Shown: piece by piece, positions 23,301 through 35,989 of the stretch
Position numbering within the stretch: position 1 is the stretch's first letter
Layout of the letters: each line of letters opens with the position of its first letter
NCBI GenBank assembly: GCA_030704615.1
Contig: CM060733.1
Span: 33,480,001-33,544,000 of the forward strand
DNA: 64,000 nt
Reading direction: 5' to 3'
Source of the DNA: Takakia lepidozioides
Lineage: Eukaryota; Plantae; Bryophyta
Notes under the pieces: generated by a model
Seen by the model: only the letters and a program-made list of their open reading frames with translations
Databases searched by the model: none
What the model was told of the DNA's origin: nothing
Made by a program: the position numbers and the translations under genes

Positions 23301-26072
23301 CTATCTATTTCTGGTAGGGTGCAGTCTTGCAGAATGCTGATGGCTGTTTTGTGGCAGTCTGTCTCATGCTCTGTTTCTGTCTCCGCGTTGCAGTCTCTGT
23401 CCCATTCTCTGTCCCTCCCTCACTGGATTTCTCCTTTGGGATCAATTTTATGCTAAGGTATAGAGCATTTTGTCAGCCCAAAACACTGATTTCAGAAATG
23501 GGAATGGCTGCCGTTCTGCTCTTAAGCAAGTATGCCTCTTGAAGTCCTTCAGGTGTAATAGCTCTAGTACCGTATATCTTATGGTATAACAATGTTTGAC
23601 ATGGGTAATGGCAGAATGAGGTGACTCCTATACCCATTCAACCAGCTGATACCCGCACCTACATTCCCACGGCCATGGAGATGGAAGCTGCCGTGACAGA
23701 GGCTGCAAAACGAGGCATTCGTGCCCGCATTCTGCTGATCACAAATCCTGGCAACCCGTTGGGCACTTTATATCCCGAGGCAACCCTGAAGGTGCTATCT
23801 CAAACCTGATAGTCTCCATACACAGTCTCTGATGGTGCGAGACCCCAATTTGAATTTCACATGAATGTGCACACAAACTACAGTGGCACTGCATACTACT
23901 GCAGTCACATGAGCCCCCTGACACCCAGAGTGCATCATAGAGAGGGTCACTGAAAACTGTATGCATTTTAACTCACTGTGCATGGATAGTTGAGCAGCAC
24001 TGATGGCAGTTACATGAGTTTCATTTCTGTGGTCGTGGACAGTGTCTTTTCTTGCGATCTTGTACTCGAATAATGCTAATTCACAAACCTAGCTGGTTCT
24101 GGTACATTTAAACACAAATGAGATCATCATTTCATCTTTCATTAATGTTGGCCGTCCTTTCAACCTTGTGATAACACCTAGTTTTTGAGTAATTGGGCAC
24201 TAGGGAACTAGCTGAAATTGTGGGCAGTCAAGTGAGTCTGGCATGAGAGGTACCGTGATCACTCAAGTGTCCAAATTTCCAAATTCAGGATCTGTGAATG
24301 TCGGAGAATTGTTGGCACATGGGTCTGCTGTGTTGTCTCAATGTACGAATTAGGTTTCACTCCTCAAATGGCCTGCAGGATGAGTAGGATCCTTTCATTA
24401 AGAGGAAGCATGTTTGATAATGAAACTGTTGGTGGTAACAGGAGCTACTGCTGTGGGCTGTCAATCGAGGACTGCATGTTCTTTCGGATGAAATCTATGC
24501 TAACTCCAAATTTGGGTAAGATCCAAGGTTGGCCTATCTGTTCAGACTCTTGTCTCAGTAGCCTTGTAGCTAGAGGTCCTGCTTGAGAGAGAAGGGATGG
24601 AGAAAAGATACTGAATCTGTTGAACTGATCCCTCATGAATAGGCCCTCAGCCGAGCAGTTTGTGAGTATGGAGAAGGTGGCTAGCAATGCAGTCTCAGAG
24701 AAGCTGCTGTCAGCGGACGTAGTGGCAGAGCTTGTTCACACAGCATATGGTATGAGCAAGGACTTTGGGATGAGTGGCTTTCGTGTGGGTTGCCTTCACT
24801 CCAAAAGCAAGGATGTATTGGAGGCAAGTTTTTTTTACTCATCTTGCATTCACTACCGCCAGTTTGATCCATCTTACTCAGCACTTCAATCAAAGGCATT
24901 GGACATCTGTTCTGATGGTCAATGAACTATTCAACTGATGGAAGCTGTTTGAATTCTTCATAATTCTGCTGGTTGTGGCATATTGCAGTTTTGGCAAAAT
25001 ATGGGCATGTTTGCGGCTGTCTCCAATGACACTCAGCATGCCCTTGCTATCATGCTGGAAGATGAGGAATTTGTTGATGCATATGTGTCTGAGAACAATA
25101 GGTGCGATCTTCTTTCCTCTCCATCTATGGATGGATGTCGGCCTTTCTTCTATCAAGATAGTCTTCAACAAGTTTGGAGAGGAAGTGAATGAGTGAGAAG
25201 GAAATTAGGGGAGGGTGCTAGACTTTTATGAGTTATGATCTGACGCAACGTGGTACTGGACACCCTTTGTTGGGCGCTGTTTTCAAGTTGTTGGGACAGA
25301 ATTGCCATCTCTTTTGACATGTGGCTTGTTTGACTGAATAGGCGCCTCAAGAACTCATATGAGCTGCTTGCAAAATCATTGGAGGCAGCCAATCTCAAGT
25401 ACATGCCGGCTTGCGCAGCGATGTTTTGTTGGCTCGACCTCAGAGGTCTTCTGGCTGAGGTATGTCTTACTGTCTTGTTGTTTGATTCTTTGTACGACCG
25501 ATTCACGCATGCTTGGTTAGCTGGTTCATGAGAACTTACGACGTTTGCCCGCCTCGTTTCTCCAGCAAATTGATTTTCCCAGCCAATGTAGTAGTGCATA
25601 GTTACAAAGTTTTAAACACCTAGTTCTGTCTAGTGTCTGCCAACTATTATAAATGGAGGGAATAATATTGGGATGTTGATGTGCAGCCCACATTTGAGGC
25701 TGAGAACTGTCTATGGAGGGAGATTGTGGAGGAATGCCGAATTGTGCTAACTCCAGGTGTGTTGCACGAGCCTCTGTTTCGGCACAAGCCTCTCTATTAT
25801 GTGTGTGATCCGAGCAATTCTGTCCTTGGTTTTGTGAGGTAGATATGTATTTTCATGTGAAGTCAAACATGGATGGGGGCTCAATATCTGGTGCAGGTGA
25901 AGCATGCCATTATGCAGAGGCTGGGTTTTTCCGAGTTTGCTATGCTTCCATGCCTCCTGCAATGCTGCAAGTGGCTTGTGATCGCCTCGCATTGTTTGTG
26001 GAGAGAAGACGCAGAAAGCGGAAGTCTACAGATATCCTTGACTTGCAGGACAGGACAGCAAGGTCTGGATGA
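20369..26072 (+). CDS. ACC synthase-like PLP-dependent aminotransferase (class I/II), about 12 exons
   Basis: Exons read LSRRGRKALSPFSPY..GFFL / MATAESVLSFDL / LYSNFRGGERL / ISSGVTA / CDPGDGCLIPAPYFPAFD / ITNPGNPLG / LSDEIYA / GMSKDFGMSGFRVG (PLP Lys) / AMFCWLDL / LTPG / GFFRVCYA. Splice sites are GT-AG except one GC-AG; no disablement seen. Confidence 0.9.
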
Positions 26073-26556
26073 GTCTGTCAAACTGATAAGTTTTAGACAT
26101 TTGTTCTTGTCTGGGTTTAATCTGCTAGGATGGTAAATAATGTAGAGGGTTTGTGGCATATTCCGCCACTTCATCCTTTGTAATCTCTCTCTCCAGGTGT
26201 GTCCAAAAAGTTTGGCATAAATGTGTAGATCTCTCTCCCTCCATCTGTGGTGAAGGCCTTCTGGGGACAATCTGATAGGAAGCAACAGAGATACCAAAGT
26301 GAACCTTAAAGTGATGTGAGTTGCCCCTATACTCCTGCACCCAGGTTCTGCTGGACAACCTGTCAATAGCAGGCTAATGCCTACATACTTTCTTCTGTTT
26401 TCATTCATGGGCTCAAAAGAGCAACCACCTCTGAAATACTGAAGAAGGGAACACAATCGTGCACCCAAGATGGCACCCTCTCTCAATGCGCAATTAGAAT
26501 GAGGTCCAGCAATCGGTTATTGCAACAGTTCTGATTGGTCGTATATAAATTTGAAG

Positions 26557-26898
26557 GCCTCTCATTTTACAATAATTGGGACGATATGCCGCACTCTCGA
26601 GCTGACCGGTGGGCCCCGCGCATGGACGCCTGGCTCCCCCCCGCCGTGCGTGCGGTCGCCCACCTGCTGCCATGGCCCCACCAGCCGCGGCAGCCCCGCC
26701 CGCGGCCCAGTCCAGCGCGGCCAGTCCGTTGCCCGTGAATCCAGTTCCCCACAGTCTGTCGGCTGTGCATGCCAGTCCGCTGTGCCAGTCCTCGTAAGTC
26801 CACCCAACAGTCCGTTGTGCCCGTCTGCAGCCTGCCAGTCCGCGTCGGCCGAAGGATCTGGATCATCCATTCTGAGAAACCCATCTGCGTCATCCATG
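26557..26898 (+). repeat. MULE left TIR
   Basis: Imperfect inverted match to 46437-46750. Confidence 0.9.
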
Positions 26899-28366
26899 CC
26901 AGTCCCGGCCAGTCCACCCAACAGTGTGCCCGCCAGTCCACGGCCCATGAGTTCGCTTTCCTCCAGTCCACTGATAATGCCGCATCTGGACCGTCCGTTC
27001 GCAAATGCCATCTGAGCCCTCCATTTTTAGGGCATGAATTGAAACCTTATCTCTGCCGCCTGCCACTTGCCAGCAGCCGCGAACGTGTGCACTGATGCTC
27101 CTTGCACGTTGTCCATCGTGTCCAGTGTATTGCGGCACGTTTCTTGCAGGTTCTAAAGCGTGTCCTCTGTATTGTACAAGGCATGGACGTGGAAGTAGAA
27201 GGTGATGATATACTAAAAACGGGATGCTGGATTATACGGCCTCTTCGACAAAGTTTGCAAACACCCAAACCAGGACCCTTCAACAGGAAGGACCTCCAAT
27301 GGAAGAGAGACACGCCATATGGTTATATGGGTGCCAGACAGAATGTTCTGAAGGCCTGCATACCGTGGGATAAAGTTGACGACTTTCTCCTTGGAGATGA
27401 AAGTTTGGTGGACTACCTCACTCAGTTTTGGGTGAATGTCCATACTAAAGTGCAACCCGACATGCTAAAAGAGCCGAGAGCTAGCAGTTCTCTGAACAGT
27501 ATCATGTGTGCTCCATCCTCATCGTCCTTTTGTAGTCTGATTGCATGTCTGTTGCCATTTTTCGTACCCACGTTCTGTGATTTCATGCTTCCAGAAGTCG
27601 ATGGATATCCATTGTGATTTTTATGTCTAGGTATCAATGCTGCTATGGTCCTGATGACAAACGCACCAACAATGCGATAGTGGAGGATCCAAAACTGAAA
27701 ATGACCTCTTTTGGGTGCTGGAACATCTCACCCTCATAAAAGCCCAAAGAGAAAGAAGTCAGAATATGGAGAGTCTTACAAGCATGGTTGCCAATGCTGT
27801 TTCAAGGTCCAGCAATGCTATCTCGCCCCCGACATTTGTGTCCTCACGTACTACAACAATATGAAGCATATAGACGCGAAAGAGAACCCATGTCATGGGA
27901 AGTCTGTTGAGTTCAGGAACACTCGCCACGCCTACGCACCACACATTAGCGAGGAATTGAAAGCATGGGTCATGGAGTGTCTGTGCCGAGGCCTGTCAGT
28001 CGCCCAAATCATGATGGAACATAAAGAGCACGTCATGAACAACACTGGGTTGGGGGATGCATGGGCACGGGATGATTTTTTGCTAGAGCAGGATGTGCGC
28101 AACCTGGTCGAGAAACGGGCGTGGCAAACGTTCAAAAAACATGCCAACGATGCGGAGAGTGTCCGCATGTGGAAAGACCAGAACCCGAAATCGGTCTTCT
28201 TCTATCAAGAGGAAAAATTGGCGCCAACATTCAAGCACTACGATGGCGACTTAACATTCACAATCGGCATACAGACTGAGTGGCAGAAGAAGCGAATGCT
28301 TCAATTAGGCCATGCACGTATCGTTTCAACCTTCGGGACAAATCACCACAAGGCACTCTTCATCCC

Positions 28367-28682
28367 TGTCAAGTTATTTTACCACTAGTGTGAAACTAGC
28401 TAGGAAATAGCTAGCTTTTACATATTGACATTTGGGATTGGCCCAAGTGTCAATCCAGGGGTCAAGGCAGATTTAGGCCCTGGAGTGGTTATCTTCACGG
28501 CAAGCCCGGGAGGCTCATCTTTCTCGAGTTGAGCCTCACCGCGCATAGCTATGGCGCCGTAGTGTGGATTCCCCATGGCGTGGGGTGCACTTGGCTTGAC
28601 TTGTATTTGAATGATAAGATTATATATGCATGAGTTTATGCTTCAGATTTGTGAGCTCGTGCTTGTATTCTTCTTCTTTATC
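28367..28682 (+). repeat. Repeat A1 (5' terminal)
   Basis: Direct copy of 39450-39754; about 7 substitutions and one 11-nt indel by eye. Confidence 0.95.
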
Positions 28683-29364
28683 ACTCGAGAAAAATGAGTT
28701 CGTATCTGTGAGTGCCAGATACGAGTTAGTTGTAGCACTTGTGGTTTTTGCTTGAGAATGAGAGAAACCAGGTTGTTATGCAAAGAGCACCGTGGAGCTC
28801 TTGGTTGTTAGAAGCGGAGGCGATGTGGGTTACGAGGTGGTAGACCTTGGCATTCGATCTTCAGCTTCAGAGATGAAAGCACCATGCTGCAGGTAATTCC
28901 AGAGCACCTTGATGGTTTCAGATTGTGTACATGAATGAGCAAGCACGATTGGGAAGAGGACCAGTCAAGAGCATGTTATAGTGGCTTTGGTGGAAAACCT
29001 GAGAACTGGACTTGGGAATGCGAGCTTTCATTGTGTGAAGGATTGCAAGACCAAGCGAAAGGGCTGATTTGGCTTGGGGCAAATCAGTGCACTTTGTGGA
29101 GTATGTTGAGATTGGGTTTCAATCTCGAGCTTCAGCATTGAGAGGGCTCTTGTCATGGCAAGAGCAGGGCTGGAACAGGAGCTAAGAGGTGCGGCAAGGC
29201 CATGGAATGTGCACCTAGGGTTTCAGAGCTTGGAAGAAGAGCTCTTGCACCACAAGAGGAGTGTCTTGTGGCTGGAAATGTAAGCCTTAGGGTTTCAAGA
29301 GCTTGACAAGGGCTGTGGAGTGCTTAGTCTTGTCTTAGAGAGCATCAAGGAGCTAAGGAGCCAA

Positions 29365-29830
29365 GATAGGGGGCTGATACCTCTTGTGTGAAGAGGTTGC
29401 ATGTGTGGAGCATGTATTCAGCTCATTGAAGCTTCCATCTTCAAGCTTGGAGGGCAAGCAAGGAAGAGGGAAGGGCTGACTTCCCTTATGTGAGAGTAAT
29501 GCATGTGTGGAGCATGCTTTCAGCCTGATGAAGGCTTGTACTTTCAGGTTTGGGAGTGCAAGAAATGAAGGAAAGGGCTGGTTTCCCTGTAGGGCATGTG
29601 TGGAGCATGCTTCCAACCCGCTGAAGCGTGTATTTTCAGGTTGGTGGGTGCAAGAAAGAAAGCAAAGGGGCTGATTCTCTGGTGGTGAGAGTGGGGCATG
29701 TGTGGAGCATGCCTTCAGTCCATTGGGCTTTTGTTTTCAAGCTTTAGAGAACTAGAAGAGAAGGTAAGGGGCTGATCTGCTCTTATGTGACAGTCCGACA
29801 CTTGTAGAGCGTGTTTTGAGTTGGGGTTTC
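29365..29830 (+). repeat. Degenerate ~100-bp tandem repeat in the retroelement leader
   Basis: GCATGTGTGGAGCATG at ~29399, 29501, 29594 and 29696, each with a preceding GGGCTG motif. Confidence 0.75.
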
Positions 29831-30221
29831 AACCTCAAGCCTAGATAGAGCATGGCTCTTGAAGTGGCAGGTGTAGGGGGCTGGAATAGGCTCTAAGACA
29901 GATGCTATGGCCAAGGGAAACGCTTGAATGAGTGCTCACAAGGGCTGGAAACCAGCAAGGCTTGGTTGTTTGCCATTGAGTTTAGTGGCGTGTTTGGGGA
30001 GTCTAAGTGAGAAAGAAGGCTTGGTTTGTGGCAACCATCTTCCTCATGGCTTAGGGCTACTATTGGTGGTGTATGGGAGCCAAAAGAGCAAGAATACCTT
30101 GCTGTTTTCTTCACAGCCGCCATAGCTCGGTGCAAAGAAGCCTAGAGTCCAAGAGACACAAACCCTAGCGTGGCGTGGCTAAACCCCTTGGAGAAATGGC
30201 TAAACTGCCATGAGTGACCAT

Positions 30222-31080
30222 GGATGGGCTGTGAGGGGCTGTGACAGGCTGTGCCCTGTGGCCTATGGGGCTATGACGGGCTGTGACAGGCTGTGAGGGG
30301 CTGTGAGGGGCTATGACAGGCTGTGCCCTGTGGCCTATGGGGCTGTGATGGGTTGTGACAGGCTATGACAGGTTGTGGCCTTTGGGGCTGTGACCCCTCT
30401 GACCTGTGTAGGGCTGTGACGGGCTGTGACAGGCTGTGCCCTATGGCCTGTGGGGCTGTGAGGGGCTGTGACAGGCTGTGCCCTGTGGCCTGTGGGGCTG
30501 TGACGGGCTGTGAGGGGGGCTGTGACAGGCTGTTGCGGGCTGGGACAGGCTGTGCCCTGTGGCCTGTGGGGCTGTGACGGGCTGTGATGGGCTATGAGGG
30601 GCTGTGACAGGCTGTGGCAAGCTGTGACGGGCTGTGAGGGGTGACAGGCTGTGCCCAGTGGCCTGTGGGCTGTGAGGGCTGTGAGGGGCTGTGACAGGCT
30701 GTGCCCTGTGGCCTGTGGGGCTGTGACGGGCTATGAGGGGTTGTGACAGGCTGTGGCCTGTGGCTTGTGGGGCTGTGACGGGCTGTGACGGGCTTGATAG
30801 GCTGTGGCGAGCTGTGACAGGCTGTGATGGGCCGTGTGGGGCTGTGGCGGGCTGGGACAGGCTGTGGCCTATGGCCTGTGGGCCTGTGAGGGGCTGTGAC
30901 AGGCTGTGACCTGTGGCCGTGGGGCTGTGACGGGCTGTGATAGGCTGCGGCCTGTGGGGCTGTGACCCTGTGACCTGTGTAGGGCTGTGACGGCTGTGAC
31001 CAGTGAGTTGTGTGGGCCTGTGCTGGTCTGTGGTGCCCGTGTTGACCTGTGGACGGCCTGTGCTGACTCGTGGAGGCACT
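30222..31080 (+). repeat. GGCTGTGA/CAGGCTGTG minisatellite in the retroelement leader
   Basis: Dozens of same-strand GGCTGTG(A/G/C) units. Confidence 0.95.
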
Positions 31081-31899
31081 GGTGGACTGCCTAAGGACTG
31101 GCATGTGGTCTTGAAGGCCGAATTTTGAAGCTCGTGGAGGGCGGTTTGAGGAGTATCTCCATGATATTCCCATGGTCATGCAAGTGAGGGAAGAGAGGAG
31201 AGGAAGAGTGTTGGGATGAGGGCATGCTGGGGTTAGGCATTGCTTTAGCTTCTCTTCCTCGTAGTTTCCACCCTCTCATTAGGCCAAGACCTTTCCGTAG
31301 GTGGAGGCAAGAGTCAGTCTGGGTTTGGGCTGGGGTGTTCTTGCAAGAACAACACCGTGGAGTTATTTTTGGTGTGGGGGAGTTGTCGTTCTGATTTCTT
31401 GTGTTTGGATCCCCTCCATACCTGCATGCTTGACTGTGCGCCATGCTAGTTTTGTGTGGGCGCTTGTTTTTATAGGTGATTGGTCCGATTTGATCACCGG
31501 CCAGTCCTAGAGCATGCTATCGATGGTGAGGCTGGGGTGATGACCAGCCAGACCATCATTGTTTCTCCTGTGGTGAGGTTGGAGGTGATGACCAGCCGGT
31601 GGATGCAGGTACAGGTGTAGGCTATGTTAGGAACTTAGTATTCCAAACCATAAGCCGCAACAGGTTCTCTACCCGGTTACCTTGTGGAGAGGGGGTTAGG
31701 GACATGTTCATGACCGGTTGAGTGTCAACACGGAGGTGCCACTAGTTGCTGGGGACAGTGCTGGTTCGAGCACTAGCGATACTAGTGGGTACACGAAACG
31801 AGGTGTGCGGTTTAGGCCACCTTCACTTCCCGTGTCTTCTACGGAAGGTTCTAATTCGGATTGTGAATTAGGAGGACTCATACCGGCGGTGCAAGTTGT

Positions 31900-33160
31900 T
31901 TCCTTGCCATTGTTGTGGGACACAATGGAGGAGATGTATGGAGCTACCAAGGGGCAACGAAGGTACTCTGGGGCGGTGGGCACCATTGAGTTGGATGATT
32001 TTATCCAATAGTTTGATAGTTGGTGTGATTTGCATCAAATGCGCAATCCACAACTATTTACGCCTTTCATGGCATGGAAGGGGCTGTTTCAGCACCTTGA
32101 GGGGCCGCCTATGGATGATTACCATGAGTTTAGGCGGGGGCATGAGGTTGAGATCAAGGAGTGGAGGATGTACTGATCACCCGACTATGTCTCCATCACT
32201 AGCGGCACTAGAGTCACGAGGGTAGTGGCTACACCTGTCGCTGCACCGGCAACTTCAGCAAGCAGCAGTGGGACTAGTAGGACTGGTGGTACCGTAGATA
32301 CAATGTCCACCCAAGCCACTACCGCACCAGCACCAGTACCTGTGCTTGCCTTCAACCCTGTTGTGGAGTTCTTCGAAGAGTTGAGATGGAACTACCAAGG
32401 GGTGAGGACAGAGAAGTTGCGGAGCTTGTAAGAGTTCCAACGGAAGCCTACTGAGAGCTTGAGGGAGGCTTTCACTCGCATGAGGCGCTTGATAAATGTA
32501 ACCCAAGGGGTTACGGAAGCTCAGGCAGTCCAATTCTGGTATGGGATATTGGACAAGGAGCTGAGGAGAAGGGTGCGGGATGCAACTCTCCTACAAGCGG
32601 CCCAACCCACCTTAGCAAATGTGTTTTTGTTGGCAGAGCGGATAGAGCTCAACACGGTGGAGGAACGAGTGGTCATGGTGGGATTTGCTAAGGAGACACC
32701 ACAGGGTAGTGGTGCTCCTAGCCAACCACTACCTCAACGTGCTCAAGGCAACAAGGGGGCTCAGGTGAAGCTCAGGGAAGGGCAGAGAGGACCTCAGATG
32801 CACGGGTCTCTCCCTTCATTTGCAGACCAACAACGGGCGGATGTGGTGTGTTGGACATGTGGAGGACCCCACGTCAAGAAGGATTGTCCAGAGGGAGGCA
32901 AAGGGCCGGCACATGCACAACCTGCACAGTTGCAGTGTGGGCATTGTGGCAAGCACGGGCATGGAGAGGCCCAGTGTTATGGTTTGTATCCCGAGTTGCG
33001 CCCAGGCCAATTCCAAGGGAACAATGGTGGCTGGGGGCGAGGGGGAGCAGCCCAAAGAGGACGAGGTGACCAGGCACGGGGTGTAGGCCAATGGCAAGCT
33101 CAACATGGCCAAGGACACGGAGGTCAGGGTGTTGACCAAGGCATGGCCATCCGGCTTTAG
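31900..33160 (+). pseudogene. gag: gag of the DNMT retroelement with two zinc knuckles
   Basis: ELDDFIQ*FDSW, FQRKPTESLREAFTRM, CWTCGGPHVKKDC and CGHCGKHGHGEAQC; in-frame stops. Confidence 0.8.
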
Positions 33161-33849
33161 CAGCTAGAGCAGAGGCTCACTGCCATGGCTACAACTCATG
33201 TGGTACCGGCTCCAAGGCCGGATAGTCCACCTCCTGCTCCTGAGGGAGGAGATATAGGAGGCATGGGATTCATGTGCGGAGCAGCACTACCACTAGTGCA
33301 GGTGGAGTCTGCTGCAGCCGTGACTCGAGGAGCAGCACGAGTTCCTGAGCCACGAGGTGCAGAGGTGGAGTTGGATCCACAGCGTGGGGAGGCAAGCCGT
33401 CAGGCTAGGCTCCCTCAGTCATTCACATTGGCGGAGACAGTGTCGACGCCATCCATGGCACCTAGTTCTCGTCCGACTGTTACCGAGGCGGAGGTTACTA
33501 TGCCATTGGGGAGAGCTACACGGGTAGCACCACTACCTAGTGTTGCCAAGGCTACGGCAGCTAGTGTGCTGCTGGGAGCGGCCACATCTGTGTATCAGGC
33601 TCCATTGTTCTTGGCTACCATGATTGCGACGCCGGGGGTAAGACCAGCTGAGGTGTTCAGGCTGGCAGCTACACTCTGTGAGAGTAGGGAGGTTATTTCA
33701 TCTTCTGCAGAGATAGTGGGAGGTGTAGTGCCGGAGGGATCCTCGGATTTGAGGGTCAAGACTGCCACGGCGGCGCCATGGCAAGCTGCAGTTGCCAGGT
33801 TGATAGAGCTGCCAGCTAGGTCATCCATTGAGCGCACCATGGTTATACC

Positions 33850-34260
33850 TAGAGTTGTCATGTTAGACAACCAGGATGGCATTTTTTGTTTGAGTGGACC
33901 GACAGGCAAGAGGTACCGGCCACTGCGGGTCTTGTTGGACTCGGGAGCTCAGCCATTGATGCTGGGCAGAGCTGCTATTGCAGGCTTGGGCCTCACGGAG
34001 GCGGATATGGAGCCTTGTCCTTTCCAGATACATATGTCTCTAGGAGGATCAGAGCAGGCTCGGGGCATGACACGACATGAGTTGGCTATCAGACTACAGC
34101 CGGATCATCCTACAAATGGCTCAGTGATGAGAGCCAAGGCTATTGTGACAGACGCGGTCTTGTACGATGTCCTTGTTGGTGGGGCAGTGTTGTACCTCAT
34201 GGGCTTCACCCTGGATTTTTGGGAGGAGTCAGCTTCCTATAGGCCCGGATGGCAGTCAGG
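33850..34260 (+). pseudogene. Retropepsin domain
   Basis: RVLLDSGAQ and YDVLVGG within ORF 33185..34645. Confidence 0.8.
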
Positions 34261-34640
34261 GGAGGGTCGGCGCGTGCAGCTCCCTTTGACGTTCATAGGA
34301 GGAGTTGCGGTTGCCCAGCGAGGCAAGATGCCGACACTAGCAGCATTCACAGCGGCAGTGAGTTGGCCTGGAGAGTTGCTTGAAGGCAACGCTCATTCAG
34401 AGGATGTGCCACCTTCGGGAGAGCAGGATGACATGTATGGTATGATGGAGTTGCCTAATATGGTTGCTCAGACTCCATTGTGGGGCACGAGCAAGGATTT
34501 GCAGCGGGATGCTGATCGACGGGTGCAACAAGCCTGGGTGGAGGTTTTTGTACCGTCAGGAGAGGAGGAGAGTGCGGATTGCACCAGGATCACCTCAGTT
34601 GTCTCCATTGGGTACCACACCTATTGTGTGGCAGTATCCG

Positions 34641-35580
34641 GATGAAGGCATTTGTCTTCTGGACTTGTTTGGCGGGATCAGCACCGGATTGGCTACTGTG
34701 TTACAGGCAAGTGTACAAGTTCAGCGTTACCTGTATGTGGAGAGGGATGATACTGCACGACGCGTTTCACTTCGTCATGTTGCTCAGTTGGTACAGCAGT
34801 ACCCTGAGTTGTTGCCGGTGTCTGCAGTTCGTGGATATCAGCAGGCCTTGCCAGCAGACATTTCGTTGCTGGGGGCGCAGGATTTGGAGCGGGTTGGTTC
34901 CATTGATCTGGTAGTGGCAGGTTGGCCCTGCCAAGGGCATTCATCAGCCGGGCATGGCAATGGATTGCGAAACTCGAGGTCAGGTCTGTTTTGGGAGATG
35001 GTGCGGGTTTTGCGCCACTTGCAGCTTCATCAAGCTGTATCTCCAGCATACATCTTGGAGAATGTGCCACTGATGGGCGATTCTTGGGCCAGGGTGATGG
35101 CCAGTGTGCATCAAGTCCGGTCGTGGCTTGGATCAGCAGTGTTGCTAGATGCAGCTACAGTGCTCATCGTCCACGGCTATGTTGGACTAACTTGATGCCA
35201 CCCGCACTGCTCAAGCGTGCATTTGATGGGGTGCAGCGGCCAGCACATCTCACAGTGGATAGCATTCTGGACACAGGGAGGCAGTCTCAGCGTGTGAGAC
35301 ACGATGACCGTTCGCCTTTGGCAGTGGTCAACAAGGTGGGTCAACCACGAGCAACATTACCTACACTGCTCAGCTTCCCAGGATCGCATGCTTTCCGGGA
35401 TAGTGGACCTGGCCTCCTGTGGGATGCTCAGTTGCAGCAGTTAGTGGAGCCTAATGCTGACGAGCGTGAGCGGGCAATGGGTTTTACCACTGGTACCACG
35501 TCGGTGTCGTCTCTTTCTGAGGCATCACGTCGTCAGGTGTTGGGGCAAGCAATGGATCTCAATTGCTTGACCTGGATTAT
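34641..35580 (+). pseudogene. C5-cytosine DNA methyltransferase domain embedded in pol
   Basis: Motif I LDLFGGISTG, II YVERD, III ADI, IV AGWPCQGHSSAG, VI LENV, VIII AHRPRLCWTN, IX EPNADERERAMGF, X RQVLGQAMD, in canonical order; one frameshift at ~35160. Confidence 0.92.
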
Positions 35581-35989
35581 CAGCTTGGCTATGGCTGAGC
35601 AACGCAGAGTGCGGAGAACACTTCCCTATGGTCTCTCTGCCTACCGAGACGGTACAGGCAGTGAGTGGGGGCGAGCATGTGAGGACCACGGGGTGCAGGC
35701 ATCCATGGCACACGTGGGGGGTGCTCGAGGTTCAGAGGGAGTTGGCAGCCAAGGTGGCGGTGATAGATGAGGTTGGGGATTTTTCTCGGGTGGAGGAAGT
35801 CCTTGAGGATGAGATGATGGGGCAGGATGAGGCCTTGTCATTGACTGAGCGGTAGGGAGTACTGCTCAAGAGGTTGCAACATAGCAACCACTGGACGCGT
35901 CCTCTACCTCTAAGCCCACTGGACTTAAGGTTGCAGTTACGGAGGACAATTGGGAGCCTGACATTGGACCCATTGTCACCGGAGGAGAG

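Noticed and set aside
26535-27138. GC-rich ORFs in the left TIR (mirrored at 46329-46780)
   Set aside because: They are open frames caused by GC-rich TIR sequence and carry no protein motifs.
28380-28600. Hammerhead ribozyme in repeat A
   Set aside because: GAAA and stems are present but no CUGANGA core was found.
30365-31179. Pro/Ser/His-rich and Cys/Gly-rich ORFs
   Set aside because: They are translations of the GGCTGTGA minisatellite.
34641-35580. Bacterial contamination or restriction-modification methylase
   Set aside because: It is embedded collinearly in a retroelement pol that is nested in a spliced plant MULE, and no restriction gene is present.
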